The position numbers were made by a program, and so were the translations under genes. The notes beneath the pieces were generated by a model, which saw only the letters and a list, made by a program, of their open reading frames with translations, was not told where the DNA came from and searched no databases. A stretch of DNA of 64,000 nt from an uncultured Acidobacteriota bacterium. GTDB lineage: Bacteria; Acidobacteriota; Vicinamibacteria; Vicinamibacterales; JAKQTR01. The DNA lies in assembly GCA_963813325.1 (NCBI GenBank), contig CAWEYM010000002.1, positions 70,391 to 134,390 on the forward strand. The letters are read 5' to 3'. Each line of letters begins with the position of its first letter. Positions within the stretch are counted from its first letter, which is position 1. Of the stretch, positions 34,092 through 47,092 are shown one piece after another.

Positions 34092-35620
34092 TCCGCAGCC
34101 AGGAGGAGGCGATCGAGTCGACGGAGACGTACTCGGCCGCCGAGCAGCAGTTCAATCGGCGCCGGCATACCCTCGGCCTCGTCCTCGGCCCCGCCGTCTT
34201 CCTCCTGGTGCTCGGCTTGCCGATGGGCCAGACCACGCCGCAGGCCCATCACATGGCCGCGATTCTCGCGCTCGTGGTGACCCTCTGGGTGACCGAGGCG
34301 CTTCCGGTCCCCATTACCGCACTGCTCGGGCCCACGCTGGCCGTCCTGCTCCGCGTCGCGCCGGCCAAGGAGACCCTGGCGCCCTTTGCCGACCCGATTA
34401 TCTTCCTCTTCATCGGGTCCTTCATTCTCGCCGAGGCCATGTACGCCCACGGGCTCGATCGCCGCATCGCGTACACGGCCCTCGCGTCGCGATGGGTCGG
34501 GAGCAGTGCCGGCCGGATCATGGTGACCTACGGGGCGGTGGCCACGGTCCTGTCGATGTGGATCAGCAACACGGCCACGGCGGCCATGTTGTTCCCGATC
34601 GGGATGTCGATCATCACTCACATCGGCCGGAACCGGCAGACCGACCCGGCAGCGTTCCGCCGGTTCAGCCTGTGCCTGATGCTGATCACGGCGTTCGGCG
34701 CGTCGATCGGCGGCCTCGCCACGCCGATCGGCACGCCCCCGAACCTGATCGGGATCGGCATGCTCCGCAATCTTGCCCATGTGGACATCTCGTTCTTCCG
34801 ATGGATGGGCCTGGGGCTGCCGCTGTCGGTGGGGATGTTCGCCCTCATGGCGGCGGGGTTCTGGTTCGTCGGCGCCCGCGGCATCACCCTGGCGGGCGAC
34901 AGCGCGCACCTCGTCCGCGAGGAACTGGCGCGCATGGGCCGGCCGTCGCGTGCCGAGCGCAACACCCTGCTGGCCTTCGGCGCCACGGTCATCTTGTGGA
35001 TCCTGCCGGGCCTGCTCGCCATTGCCGGCGCCGGCGATGGCGCCTTCGCCCGTGCGTACGGCGCGGCGGTGCCCGAGGCGATCGCGGCCCTGGTCGGCGC
35101 GATCCTGCTCTTCCTCCTCCCGGTAGACTGGCGGGCGCGTCGTTTCACGATGACCTGGGAGCGGGCCGTCCGTATCGACTGGGGGACCATCCTGTTGTTC
35201 GGCGGTGGCCTGTCCATGGGGTCGCTGGCCTTCTCGACCGGGCTGGCGGCCTCCATCGGGCACGGCATCACGGCCTGGCTGCCGTCCCAGTCGCCGCTGG
35301 CCTTCACGATGCTCTTCACCGCCCTGGGAATCCTGCTGACCGAGACCACGTCGAACACGGCCGCCGCGAGCATGGTCGTCCCGATTGCCATCGCGGTGTC
35401 CCAGGCGGCTGGCATCAGGCCCATCGAGCCGGCGCTCGGCGCCACAGTGGGCGCGAGCCTGGCCTTCATGCTGCCCATCTCGACCCCGCCGAATGCCATC
35501 GCGTACAGCTCCGGCCAGGTCCCGATTACTGCGATGATGGCCTATGGGATCTGGCTCGACGTCGTGGGGTTCGTCCTGACCGTCGTTGCTGTGATGGTCC
35601 TCGGCCCGGTGCTCTTCTGA
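34079..35620 (+). CDS. DASS/SLC13-family anion:sodium symporter
   Basis: About 12 or more TM segments with two hairpin-type SNT motifs (WISNTATAAM, TETTSNTAAASM). It overlaps dapF by 13 nt. Confidence 0.8.
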   Translation: MDPVIRSQEEAIESTETYSAAEQQFNRRRHTLGLVLGPAVFLLVLGLPMGQTTPQAHHMAAILALVVTLWVTEALPVPITALLGPTLAVLLRVAPAKETLAPFADPIIFLFIGSFILAEAMYAHGLDRRIAYTALASRWVGSSAGRIMVTYGAVATVLSMWISNTATAAMLFPIGMSIITHIGRNRQTDPAAFRRFSLCLMLITAFGASIGGLATPIGTPPNLIGIGMLRNLAHVDISFFRWMGLGLPLSVGMFALMAAGFWFVGARGITLAGDSAHLVREELARMGRPSRAERNTLLAFGATVILWILPGLLAIAGAGDGAFARAYGAAVPEAIAALVGAILLFLLPVDWRARRFTMTWERAVRIDWGTILLFGGGLSMGSLAFSTGLAASIGHGITAWLPSQSPLAFTMLFTALGILLTETTSNTAAASMVVPIAIAVSQAAGIRPIEPALGATVGASLAFMLPISTPPNAIAYSSGQVPITAMMAYGIWLDVVGFVLTVVAVMVLGPVLF

Positions 35621-35718
35621 CGTGTCAGAATGTGCCACGCGGGGAGGCGCGCCAGCCGGCAACCTCCGCGTACCGCAAGACCGTGGCGGTGGCGCGAGCG
35701 CGCGCGGCGCGGCTGACG

Positions 35719-36315
35719 CTAGCGGGGGGGACGCCGCTGCCGGGGCTGGCGCCGTTCGATGGCCGCCTTGAGATCGGCCTGGGCCTTCTGGATGGACTCG
35801 ACTGAGCCGACGAGAGCGGCCTGCGCCGGCAGGTACGCCTGTTGGTCGGCCTCCGAGCGCGCCTTTTGCATCGTCGTCCTGGCAGCGGCGATGGCCGCAC
35901 GGGCGTCGTCGAGGCTGCCGGCCGGGACGCGCGCCTCCTGGGCCGATTCGAGCAGGCGGGATGCGGCAGCCGCCTCGGTACCGAGGGCAGCGAGCGTTCG
36001 CTCCACGTCTCCAAGGACGGCGGCCTTGTGATCGGCGGCTTCGCGCGCGGCGTCCTGGGCGCGTTCGCGGCTGTCGAGCGCCTGGCTGAGCGCGAGCCGG
36101 TAGTCGTGTTGCGTGACCGCGTCGCGGGACCGCTGCAGGGCGTCGGAGGCCGCCTTGAACGTGTCGGCGGCGTACCGCTCGGCGCCGGCCGCGCGGGCCG
36201 CGTCCAGCGCGCCCTGGGCCCGCTGCATTTCCTTGTCGGGAGGAGAGCCGCACGCCGTAGAGACCAGACCCGCAACGAGCACGCTGCACGCGACGCCGAG
36301 TAGCCGAAAGCGCAT
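35719..36315 (-). CDS. Alpha-helical lipoprotein, function unknown
   Basis: Has a lipobox-bearing signal peptide MRFRLLGVACSVLVAGLVSTACG followed by an Ala/Arg/Asp-rich helical sequence. Confidence 0.6.
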   Translation of the reverse strand: MRFRLLGVACSVLVAGLVSTACGSPPDKEMQRAQGALDAARAAGAERYAADTFKAASDALQRSRDAVTQHDYRLALSQALDSRERAQDAAREAADHKAAVLGDVERTLAALGTEAAAASRLLESAQEARVPAGSLDDARAAIAAARTTMQKARSEADQQAYLPAQAALVGSVESIQKAQADLKAAIERRQPRQRRPPR

Positions 36316-36372
36316 TTGGTAGAGTATACGGGACCCGCTGAACCTCGTCCACGTTCCGAGGATGTCCGCGAC

Positions 36373-37125
36373 ATGGATCAGACGTCCGTGCAACACCTTG
36401 CGGCTGCGCTACGCGCCGCCCGCGCCGTCGTCGCGCTCACGGGCGCCGGGATGTCGGCCGAGAGCGGAGTGCCGACGTTCCGGGGGCCAGGTGGGTTGTG
36501 GAGGCAGTACCGGCCTGAAGATCTGGCCACGCCGGACGCGTTCGAGCGTGACCCCGGCCTGGTGTGGGAGTGGTACCGCTGGCGCCGCGACAGGATTCGC
36601 GGGGCGGAGCCGAACCCCGGGCACCTGGCGCTGGCCAGGCTCGAGTCGAGGCTCTCCGGGTTCCTTGTCGTCACGCAGAACGTGGACGGACTCCACCGGC
36701 GAGCCGGCAGCCGCCAGGTCATCGAACTGCACGGCAATCTCTGGCGCGCCCGCTGCCTGCGGGGCTGCGGCTACGTGGTCGATCAGTTCACGGAGTCGCC
36801 GGCGGAGCCTGACGAAGATCCGCGCCGCGTGCCGTCCTGTCCGTGCGGGTCGATGCTGAGGCCGGACGTGGTCTGGTTCGGTGAGGCGCTCGACGTCGAG
36901 TCGCTGGAACGGTCGTTTCACGCCGCCTCCGCCTGCAACGTCCTGCTCGTCGTCGGCACGTCGTCGCTCGTGTACCCGGCCGCGGCCCTGCCGCATGCCG
37001 CCGCGGGCGCCGGGGCGCTCGTGGCCGAGATCAACGTCGACGAGACGCCTCTCTCGGCGCACGCCGGGATCGTGATCCGGGGACCGTCCGGCGTGGTCCT
37101 GCCCGAGGTGGAGCGGTGCCTCTGA
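36373..37125 (+). CDS. cobB: NAD-dependent protein deacylase (sirtuin, CobB type)
   Basis: Contains GAGMSAESGVPTFRG, TQNVDGLH and ELHGN, plus the Zn ribbon CLRGCG..CPCGS and RPDVVWFGE. Confidence 0.85.
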   Translation: MDQTSVQHLAAALRAARAVVALTGAGMSAESGVPTFRGPGGLWRQYRPEDLATPDAFERDPGLVWEWYRWRRDRIRGAEPNPGHLALARLESRLSGFLVVTQNVDGLHRRAGSRQVIELHGNLWRARCLRGCGYVVDQFTESPAEPDEDPRRVPSCPCGSMLRPDVVWFGEALDVESLERSFHAASACNVLLVVGTSSLVYPAAALPHAAAGAGALVAEINVDETPLSAHAGIVIRGPSGVVLPEVERCL

Positions 37126-37790
37126 GCCAGCTTGCGCCCCGGGACCGGCCGCGCGAGAAACTGGCCCGCCTCGGCGCATCGGCGCTCGGCGACAACGAGT
37201 TGCTGGCGGTCGTGCTGGGCGCCGGCACCCGCCGCTTGAGCGCCCTGGGCGTCGCCGACGCGATGCTGGAGAGCGCCGGAGGGTTGCACGGCCTGCTGCG
37301 CTTCACGCACGACGAACTGCGTCGTGTGAGGGGCGTGGGGGAGGCGCGCGCGTCACAGGTGCTCGCCGCGGTCGAACTGGGACGGCGCACGCTGGCGCGC
37401 AGCCCCCGGGACCGGCCGTCCATGCGCAGCCCGCGGGATGTGGCGGCGCACCTGCTGCCGGAGTACGGGGGACGTCCCGTCGAGCACTTCGGCGTCGTGC
37501 TGCTCGACACGAAGCACCGGGTGCTGAAGACCACGGTGTTGTCGATCGGAACCCTCGACCGCAGCGTGGTGCATCCGCGCGAGGTGTTTCGCGAGGCCGC
37601 GACGGGGCGTGCCTCGGGCCTCGTTCTGTTCCATAATCATCCATCAGGCGATCCGACGCCGAGCGGCGACGATGTGGCGCTGACGCGGCGCCTCGTGGAA
37701 GCCGGCGAGTTGATGGGGATCGAGGTGCTCGATCACCTGATCCTGACGGCGACGCGCTACTGCAGCCTCCGCGAAAGCGGCCGCCTCTGA
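37116..37790 (+). CDS. radC: RadC-family JAB/MPN domain protein
   Basis: Has an N-terminal HhH-like RPREKL..LGDNELLAVVLG and the JAMM motif HNHPSGDPTPSGDD. It overlaps cobB by 10 nt. Confidence 0.85.
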   Translation: MPLSQLAPRDRPREKLARLGASALGDNELLAVVLGAGTRRLSALGVADAMLESAGGLHGLLRFTHDELRRVRGVGEARASQVLAAVELGRRTLARSPRDRPSMRSPRDVAAHLLPEYGGRPVEHFGVVLLDTKHRVLKTTVLSIGTLDRSVVHPREVFREAATGRASGLVLFHNHPSGDPTPSGDDVALTRRLVEAGELMGIEVLDHLILTATRYCSLRESGRL

Positions 37791-37810
37791 GGGACCCGCG
37801 GCGATCGACC

Positions 37811-39232
37811 ATGGCAAAGACGCTGTACATCGACTGCTTTTCCGGGGCCTCGGGCGACATGCTGCTCGGCGCGCTGCTGGATCTCGGCCTGCCGCTCGAC
37901 GATCTGCGCCGCGCGCTTGGAAGCCTCGGCGTCGGCGGCTTCCGTCTCGACAGCGAGCGCGTGCTGCGCTCCGGCATCTCGGCGACGCACTTTCTGGTCC
38001 TCGAGGACGACGGGCTGGCCGGCCGGTCAACGGACGCCCACGCGGGCGGGGATCGGCACGAACACGGGCCCGGCCACGACGATGATCGCGCCCACGGGCC
38101 TGACCCTGGGCACGGACACGCGCACGATCATGGACACGACCACGGGCACGATGGACACGCCCGGGGGCCTGACCCTGGTCACGCGCACGACCAGGGCCAC
38201 ACGCACCATGCCGGACACCAGCCTCACCGGAGCCTCGCGGAGATCCATCACCTGATCGACCACGCCGCGTTGTCCGGGAGCGGGCGGCAGCGGGCGAAGG
38301 ACCTGTTCACGCGGCTGGCCGAGGCGGAGGCCGCCATTCACCAGATGCCGCTGGACCGGATCCACCTGCACGAGGTGGGTGCGCTCGACTCGATCATCGA
38401 CATCGTGGGCCTCGTGTTCGCCTTCGAGTGGCTCGGCGCGGACCGCATCGTCGCGTCCCCGCTCAACGTCGGCGGCGGAACGGTGAAGACCGCGCATGGC
38501 GTGCTGCCCGTGCCTGCGCCGGCCACGCTCCGGCTGCTGGCAGGCGCGCCCATCTACTCGCGCGGCGGCGAGTACGAACTGGTGACGCCGACAGGGGCAC
38601 TGGTGGTCACGGCTTACGCGCAGTCCTTTGGCGTGATGCCGGCGATGACCGTGCGCTCGATCGGCTACGGAGCCGGCACACGCGATCTGGCCGGCAGCCC
38701 CAACGTGCTCCGCATGGTGATCGGGGAGGACGACGGGACGGCCGCCCGCCACGAAGTCGTCGTCATCGAGTTCGAGATCGATGACATGAACCCGCAGATC
38801 TTCGGCGTCCTGATGGAGCGCCTGTACGCCGGCGGGGCGCTCGAGGTGTTCTACACGGCGGTCCAGATGAAGAAGAACCGGCCGGGCACGCTGGTGACCG
38901 TCGTCGCGCCGCCGCCGCGGCGGGACGAGCTGTGCGGGATCGTCTTCAGGGAGACCACGACCATCGGCGTCCGATACACGGTGATGGAGCGCGAGTGCCT
39001 GGCGCGGGAGACCCTGACGGTGTCGACGCCGATCGGGGCGGTGAGGTTCAAGATCGCCCGGCGCGCCGGGCAGGTGATGAACGCCTCGCCGGAATTCGAG
39101 GACTGCGCCCGGCTGGCTGCCTCCAGCGGGCTCCCGGTGAAGGAAGTCCAGGCGGCCGCGCTCCAGGCGTACCGCGAACACACTCAGGATGACGCGGCGC
39201 CCGGGCGCACGCCTGGAATCGAGGAGGAGTGA
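37811..39232 (+). CDS. larC: Nickel insertion protein LarC (DUF111) with extended His/Asp/Gly-rich insert
   Basis: Begins MAKTLYIDCFSGASGDMLLGALLDLG. The His-rich tract is HAGGDRHEHGPGHDDDRAHGPDPGHGHAHDHGHDHGHDGHARGPDPGHAHDQGHTHHAGHQPH, followed by a conserved C-terminal domain. Confidence 0.85.
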   Translation: MAKTLYIDCFSGASGDMLLGALLDLGLPLDDLRRALGSLGVGGFRLDSERVLRSGISATHFLVLEDDGLAGRSTDAHAGGDRHEHGPGHDDDRAHGPDPGHGHAHDHGHDHGHDGHARGPDPGHAHDQGHTHHAGHQPHRSLAEIHHLIDHAALSGSGRQRAKDLFTRLAEAEAAIHQMPLDRIHLHEVGALDSIIDIVGLVFAFEWLGADRIVASPLNVGGGTVKTAHGVLPVPAPATLRLLAGAPIYSRGGEYELVTPTGALVVTAYAQSFGVMPAMTVRSIGYGAGTRDLAGSPNVLRMVIGEDDGTAARHEVVVIEFEIDDMNPQIFGVLMERLYAGGALEVFYTAVQMKKNRPGTLVTVVAPPPRRDELCGIVFRETTTIGVRYTVMERECLARETLTVSTPIGAVRFKIARRAGQVMNASPEFEDCARLAASSGLPVKEVQAAALQAYREHTQDDAAPGRTPGIEEE

Positions 39233-39657
39233 TGACCGACGAACGGCCTGCTGGCACCCCCGTCCCGTCAACGACCGTCGCAGCGTCGCCGGTTGCCTCA
39301 ACTGCGACCGGCGCCGTGCCGGCCACCGACGAGCGGATCGGCATCGACGACGTCATGAAGGTCGACCTGCGCGTGGCGCGGGTCGTGGCGGCAGAGAAGG
39401 TCCCGAACTCGCGCAAGCTGATGAAGCTCGACGTCGATCTCGGCACCGAGCGGCGAACGCTCGTGGCCGGCATCGCGGAAGCCTACGAGGCCGGGGCCCT
39501 CGTCGGCCGGCTGGTCGGCGTCGTGGTCAACCTCAAGCCGGCCACGTTGATGGGCATCGAGTCGAACGGGATGATCCTGGCGGCGAGCGTGCCGGGCGGG
39601 CAGCCGGTTCTTGTCGGTTTCGACCGCGAGATTCCGCCGGGCGCGCGGATCAAGTAG
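39229..39657 (+). CDS. tRNA-binding (EMAP/CsaA/MetG C-terminal-like) domain protein
   Basis: Contains DLRVARVVAAEKVPNSRKLMKLDVDLG..RTLVAGIAEAY and NLKPATLMGIESNGMILAA. The start overlaps the larC stop. Confidence 0.75.
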   Translation: MMTDERPAGTPVPSTTVAASPVASTATGAVPATDERIGIDDVMKVDLRVARVVAAEKVPNSRKLMKLDVDLGTERRTLVAGIAEAYEAGALVGRLVGVVVNLKPATLMGIESNGMILAASVPGGQPVLVGFDREIPPGARIK

Positions 39658-39661
39658 CGCG

Positions 39662-40441
39662 ATGGTGGATTCGCACTGCCACCTTGCCGACGAGGCTTTT
39701 GCCGGCGATCTCGATGCGGTGATCGACCGCGCGCAAGCAGCCGGGCTGTCGGGCGCGCTGTGCGTGGTCGACGCCAGCGACGACGGGGAAGTGGCCCGGG
39801 CGGCGGAAGTCGTGCGGCGGTGGCCGGCGATTCACACCACGGCCGGCATCCACCCGCACCGGGCGGCCCCCTGGGCAGGCCATCCCGAGGCGGTCGTGCG
39901 TCTGGTGCGCACCGGCCTGGCTGCCGGGCCGCGCGTCCGCGCCATCGGCGAGATCGGCCTCGACTACCACTACGACTTCGCGCCGCCCGCCGCCCAACGG
40001 GAGATCTTCGCGGCGCAGGTCGGGCTGGCGGCCGACGTCGGCCTTCCGATCGTGATCCACACGCGCGAGGCCGACGAAGACACCTTCGCCATTCTCGCCG
40101 AGGCCGGCGGCGGCCGGGTGCGTGGTGTCTTTCACTGCTTCTCTGGCGACGCCGCGATGGCAGCACGCGCGGTGGCCATCGGGTTCTACGTGTCCTTCTC
40201 CGGGATCGTGTCGTTCCCCAAGGCGGAGGCCATCCGCGAGGCGGCACGCGTGGTGCCCCTGGACCGGGTACTGGCCGAAACCGACAGCCCGTATCTCGCG
40301 CCCGTGCCGCTGCGTGGCAAGCGCAACGAGCCCGCGTGGGTCACGCACGTGGTGGAAGCCCTGGCCGCCGCGCGCGGGGCGACCCCCTCCGAGACCTCCG
40401 CCGCCGTCACCCGCAACTACGCCGCGCTGTTCGGCAAATAG
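39662..40441 (+). CDS. tatD: TatD-family metal-dependent hydrolase
   Basis: Contains MVDSHCHL, GEIGLDYHYD, IHTREA and HCFSGD motifs. Confidence 0.85.
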   Translation: MVDSHCHLADEAFAGDLDAVIDRAQAAGLSGALCVVDASDDGEVARAAEVVRRWPAIHTTAGIHPHRAAPWAGHPEAVVRLVRTGLAAGPRVRAIGEIGLDYHYDFAPPAAQREIFAAQVGLAADVGLPIVIHTREADEDTFAILAEAGGGRVRGVFHCFSGDAAMAARAVAIGFYVSFSGIVSFPKAEAIREAARVVPLDRVLAETDSPYLAPVPLRGKRNEPAWVTHVVEALAAARGATPSETSAAVTRNYAALFGK

Positions 40442-40541
40442 CGCCGGCAGGATGCGGAAACACGCGCTCCAGGCGTGTCTCATCGCGTTGACACCCCGTC
40501 TCCAAGTATGGTCTGATGAACTTCGAAACGCTGGCATACCG

Positions 40542-41531
40542 TTGAAGCACACTTCCCTCGACCTCGCGCAGATCTTCGAACCGATCCGGCTGGACCTCGA
40601 GAAGGTCGACCAGGAGTTCGCTCGTCACATCCAGTCCCAGGTGGAGCTGATCCCGAAGATCGGGAAGTACATCCAGTCGAGCGGCGGCAAGCGGATCCGG
40701 CCGGCGGTCCTGTTGATGGCCTCGCGGCTGGGCGACTCGCAGGTCGATCGCGCGATCCTCTACGCCGCCGTCGTGGAGTTCATTCACACCGCCACGCTCG
40801 TGCACGACGACATCATCGACGACTCCGACCTGCGGCGGGGTCGCCTGGCCGTCCACTCGCAGTGGGGCAACGACATCACCGTCCTGCTGGGCGACTACCT
40901 CTACATCAAGTCGATGGCGCTCGCCCTGACCCACGACGAGCTGGAGATCATCCGGCTGCTGTGCGACGTCACGCTGCGGATGATCGAGGGCGAGCTCTAC
41001 CAGCTCACCAAGAACGGCGACCCGGACATCACCGAGGACGAGCACTTCGAGATCATCCGGCGCAAGACCGCGTACCTGTTCGGCGGCTGCACCCAGATCG
41101 GCGGGCTGCTCGCCGGCCTGCCGCCAGAGCAGGTGCGGGCGCTCGGCGAGTACGGGTTCAACCTCGGGATCGCGTTCCAGCTGGTCGACGACATCCTCGA
41201 CCTCACCGGCGACACCAAGGCCCTCGGCAAGCCCGTCGCCAGCGACCTGCGGGAGGGCAAGATCACGCTGCCGCTCATCTACCTGCTGCAGCACGCCGAT
41301 GGCCAGGGTCGGGAACTCGTGCGCAGCGTCGTGCGCGATCGCTCCGTATCGGCCGATCAATGGGCCGCCATCAGCGGGCTGCTCGCCGAGCACCGGTCGC
41401 TCGAGCGGGCCTACGACCGCGCGCGGCAGATCGCGACCGACGCGAAGCAGCACCTCGAGGTGTTCCCGGCGAGCCCCGAGCGGGATGCCCTGATGTCGCT
41501 CCCGGACTACATCCTGTCGCGCGATCGCTGA
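40542..41531 (+). CDS. ispB: Long-chain polyprenyl diphosphate synthase (IspB-like)
   Basis: Has FARM LVHDDIIDDSDLRRG and SARM FQLVDDILD. The start is uncertain: TTG 40542 gives the canonical length, and an in-frame ATG lies at 40452. Confidence 0.8.
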   Translation: MKHTSLDLAQIFEPIRLDLEKVDQEFARHIQSQVELIPKIGKYIQSSGGKRIRPAVLLMASRLGDSQVDRAILYAAVVEFIHTATLVHDDIIDDSDLRRGRLAVHSQWGNDITVLLGDYLYIKSMALALTHDELEIIRLLCDVTLRMIEGELYQLTKNGDPDITEDEHFEIIRRKTAYLFGGCTQIGGLLAGLPPEQVRALGEYGFNLGIAFQLVDDILDLTGDTKALGKPVASDLREGKITLPLIYLLQHADGQGRELVRSVVRDRSVSADQWAAISGLLAEHRSLERAYDRARQIATDAKQHLEVFPASPERDALMSLPDYILSRDR

Positions 41532-41583
41532 CGCCGCCGGCCACGCGCGGCGGGACACGCGCGGCGTCCGCCAACACCAGTGA

Positions 41584-45190
<3,607 letters not shown>

Positions 45191-45191
<1 letters not shown>

Positions 45192-46561
45192 TGAAACCAC
45201 GGATCCTGGTGGTTGACGACGAGTCGGCCATCCGCGACTCGATGCGGATGATCCTCGAGTACGAGGGCTACGACTTCCTGGGCGCCGCGACGGGCGAAGA
45301 GGGCATCGCCGTCGTCCAGCGGGAGTCGGTGGACCTGGTGTTTCTCGACATCAAGATGCCGGGCATGGACGGCCTCGAGACGCTCGGCCGGATCAAGAGC
45401 GCGGCGGACTCGCTGCCGGTGGTGATCATCTCCGGCCACGGGACGGTCGCCACCGCGGTCGAGGCCACCAAGCTGGGGGCGTTCGACTTCATCGAGAAAC
45501 CGCTGGCGAGCGAGCGCATCCTCCTGACCATCCGCAACGCCATCGGCTTCAGCCGCCTGCGCGACGAGAACCGGAACCTGCTGCGCGCCGTCGAAGTGCG
45601 CCACGAGATGGTCGGCACGAGCGAGGCGCTCCGGCACGTCGTCGAAGCGGTGGGCAAGGCCGCGCCGACCAACGCGACCGTGCTCATCCGGGGCGAGAGC
45701 GGCGTCGGCAAGGAACTCGTCGCCCGCATGATTCACAAGAACAGCCTGCGCCGCCGCGAGCGGTTCGTGCAGGTGAACTGCGCCGCGATCCCCGAGGAAT
45801 TGATCGAGTCGGAGCTGTTCGGGCACGAAAAGGGCTCCTTCACCGGCGCCACCGAGAAACAGATCGGCAAGTTCGAGCAGGCCGATCGCGGCACCATCTT
45901 CCTCGACGAAGTCGGCGACATGAGCCCGAAGACCCAGGCCAAGGTCCTGCGGGTGCTGCAGGAGGGGGAGGTCGAGCGGCTCGGCTCCGCGCGCACGCTG
46001 AAGGTGGACGTCCGCGTCATCGCCGCCACCAACAAGGACCTCGAGTCCGAGATCGAGAAGGGGACCTTCCGCGAGGACCTGTTCTTCCGGCTCAGCGTCA
46101 TCCCGATTCACGTGCCGCCGCTGCGCGAGCGCCCGGACGACATCCCGCTGCTCGTCCGCCATTTCGCCGACCAGTTCGGCCGCGAGAACAACTTCCGGCC
46201 CAAGCGTTTCACGCCCGAGGCGATGGACGTGATGCAGCGCAACCGCTGGAAGGGCAACGTCCGCGAGTTGCGCAACACGGTGGAACGCGTCATCATCATG
46301 AGTCCGGGCGACAGCGTGGACGTGGCCGATCTGCCGGAGACCGTGCGGGTCGACCTGCGGCCGTCGGCGCCCGACAACGGGCAGGATCGTTCGGGCACGC
46401 TCCGCGAATTCAAGGAGTCGGCCGAACGGGCGTTCCTCCTCGGGAAGCTGCGGGAGAACGGCTGGAACATCTCGAAGACCGCCGAGGCCATCGGGACGCC
46501 GCGCAGCAACCTCTACAAGAAGCTCGAGCAGTACAACATCCGGCAAGAACAGGAGTCCTGA
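45191..46561 (+). CDS. Sigma-54-dependent response regulator (REC-AAA+-HTH, NtrC family)
   Basis: Has REC LVFLDIKMPGMDG, Walker A GESGVGKE, an intact GSFTGA loop, and a C-terminal Fis-type HTH NISKTAEAIGTPRSNLYKKL. Confidence 0.9.
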
Positions 46562-46571
46562 AGATCCATCT

Positions 46572-47062
46572 CCGCCGCAGTCGGGCCAGACGACCGCCGC
46601 TGCCGGCCTGACCGGCGCCCACGGGGCGCCGGCACCAGCCGGCAGGGGAGGAAAGTCCGAACTCCGCAGGGCAGTGCGCCGGGTAACGCCCGGTCAGGGT
46701 GACCTGAAGGAAAGTGGCACAGAAAATATACCGCCCGCCTTCGCGCCTTCGGCGCTTCGGCGTGGCAGGCCCTCGTGGGCGTGCCCGCCGTAGCTCGCTG
46801 GCCGGCCGCAAGGCTCCAGCGAGCGGGGCAGGTAAGGGTGAAAAGGTGCGGTAAGAGCGCACCGCGCCCGCGGCAACGTGGGTGGCAGGCAAAACCCCGC
46901 ACGGAGCAAGACCAAATAGGGAGGCGTTCGAGGGTGGCCCGCCCGATGCCTCCGGGTCGGTCGCTGGACCCCGCCAGAGATGGCGGGGCTAGAGGAATGG
47001 TCGTCGCCCGCGGGGGTTGTCCCCGCGGGAACAGAATTCGGCTTACGGCCCGGCTGCGGCGG
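46572..47062 (+). ncRNA. rnpB: RNase P RNA, bacterial type A
   Basis: Conserved blocks are present: GGAGGAAAGTCCGAAC, GGGTAACGCCCGGT, CACAGAAAATATACCGCC, GGTAAGGGTGAAAAGGTGCGGTAAGAGCGCACC, AGCAAGACCAAATAGG and GAACAGAATTCGGCTTAC. P1 pairing is CCGCCGCAGTCGGGCC / GGCCCGGCTGCGGCGG. The ends are approximate. Confidence 0.88.
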
Positions 47063-47092
47063 TTCGTCTCGATTTGAACAGGGGGCGTGCTC

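Noticed and set aside
33785-36352. 855-aa ORF on the minus strand
   Set aside because: It is antisense to dapF and the DASS transporter and is low-complexity and Arg/Gly/Pro-rich. It is a shadow ORF.
36373-37790. Sir2 plus RadC(JAB) pair as a possible anti-phage defence module
   Set aside because: The Sir2 protein has the full canonical CobB deacylase motif set, including the Zn ribbon, and a normal short length. RadC is a common core gene. No nuclease, TIR, HerA or Argonaute partner is present and there is no mobile-element context. The 10-nt overlap alone is insufficient evidence.
40489-40515. TTGACA..TATGGT as a promoter for ispB
   Set aside because: The spacer is only about 13 nt, outside the functional range, so I did not report it as a feature.
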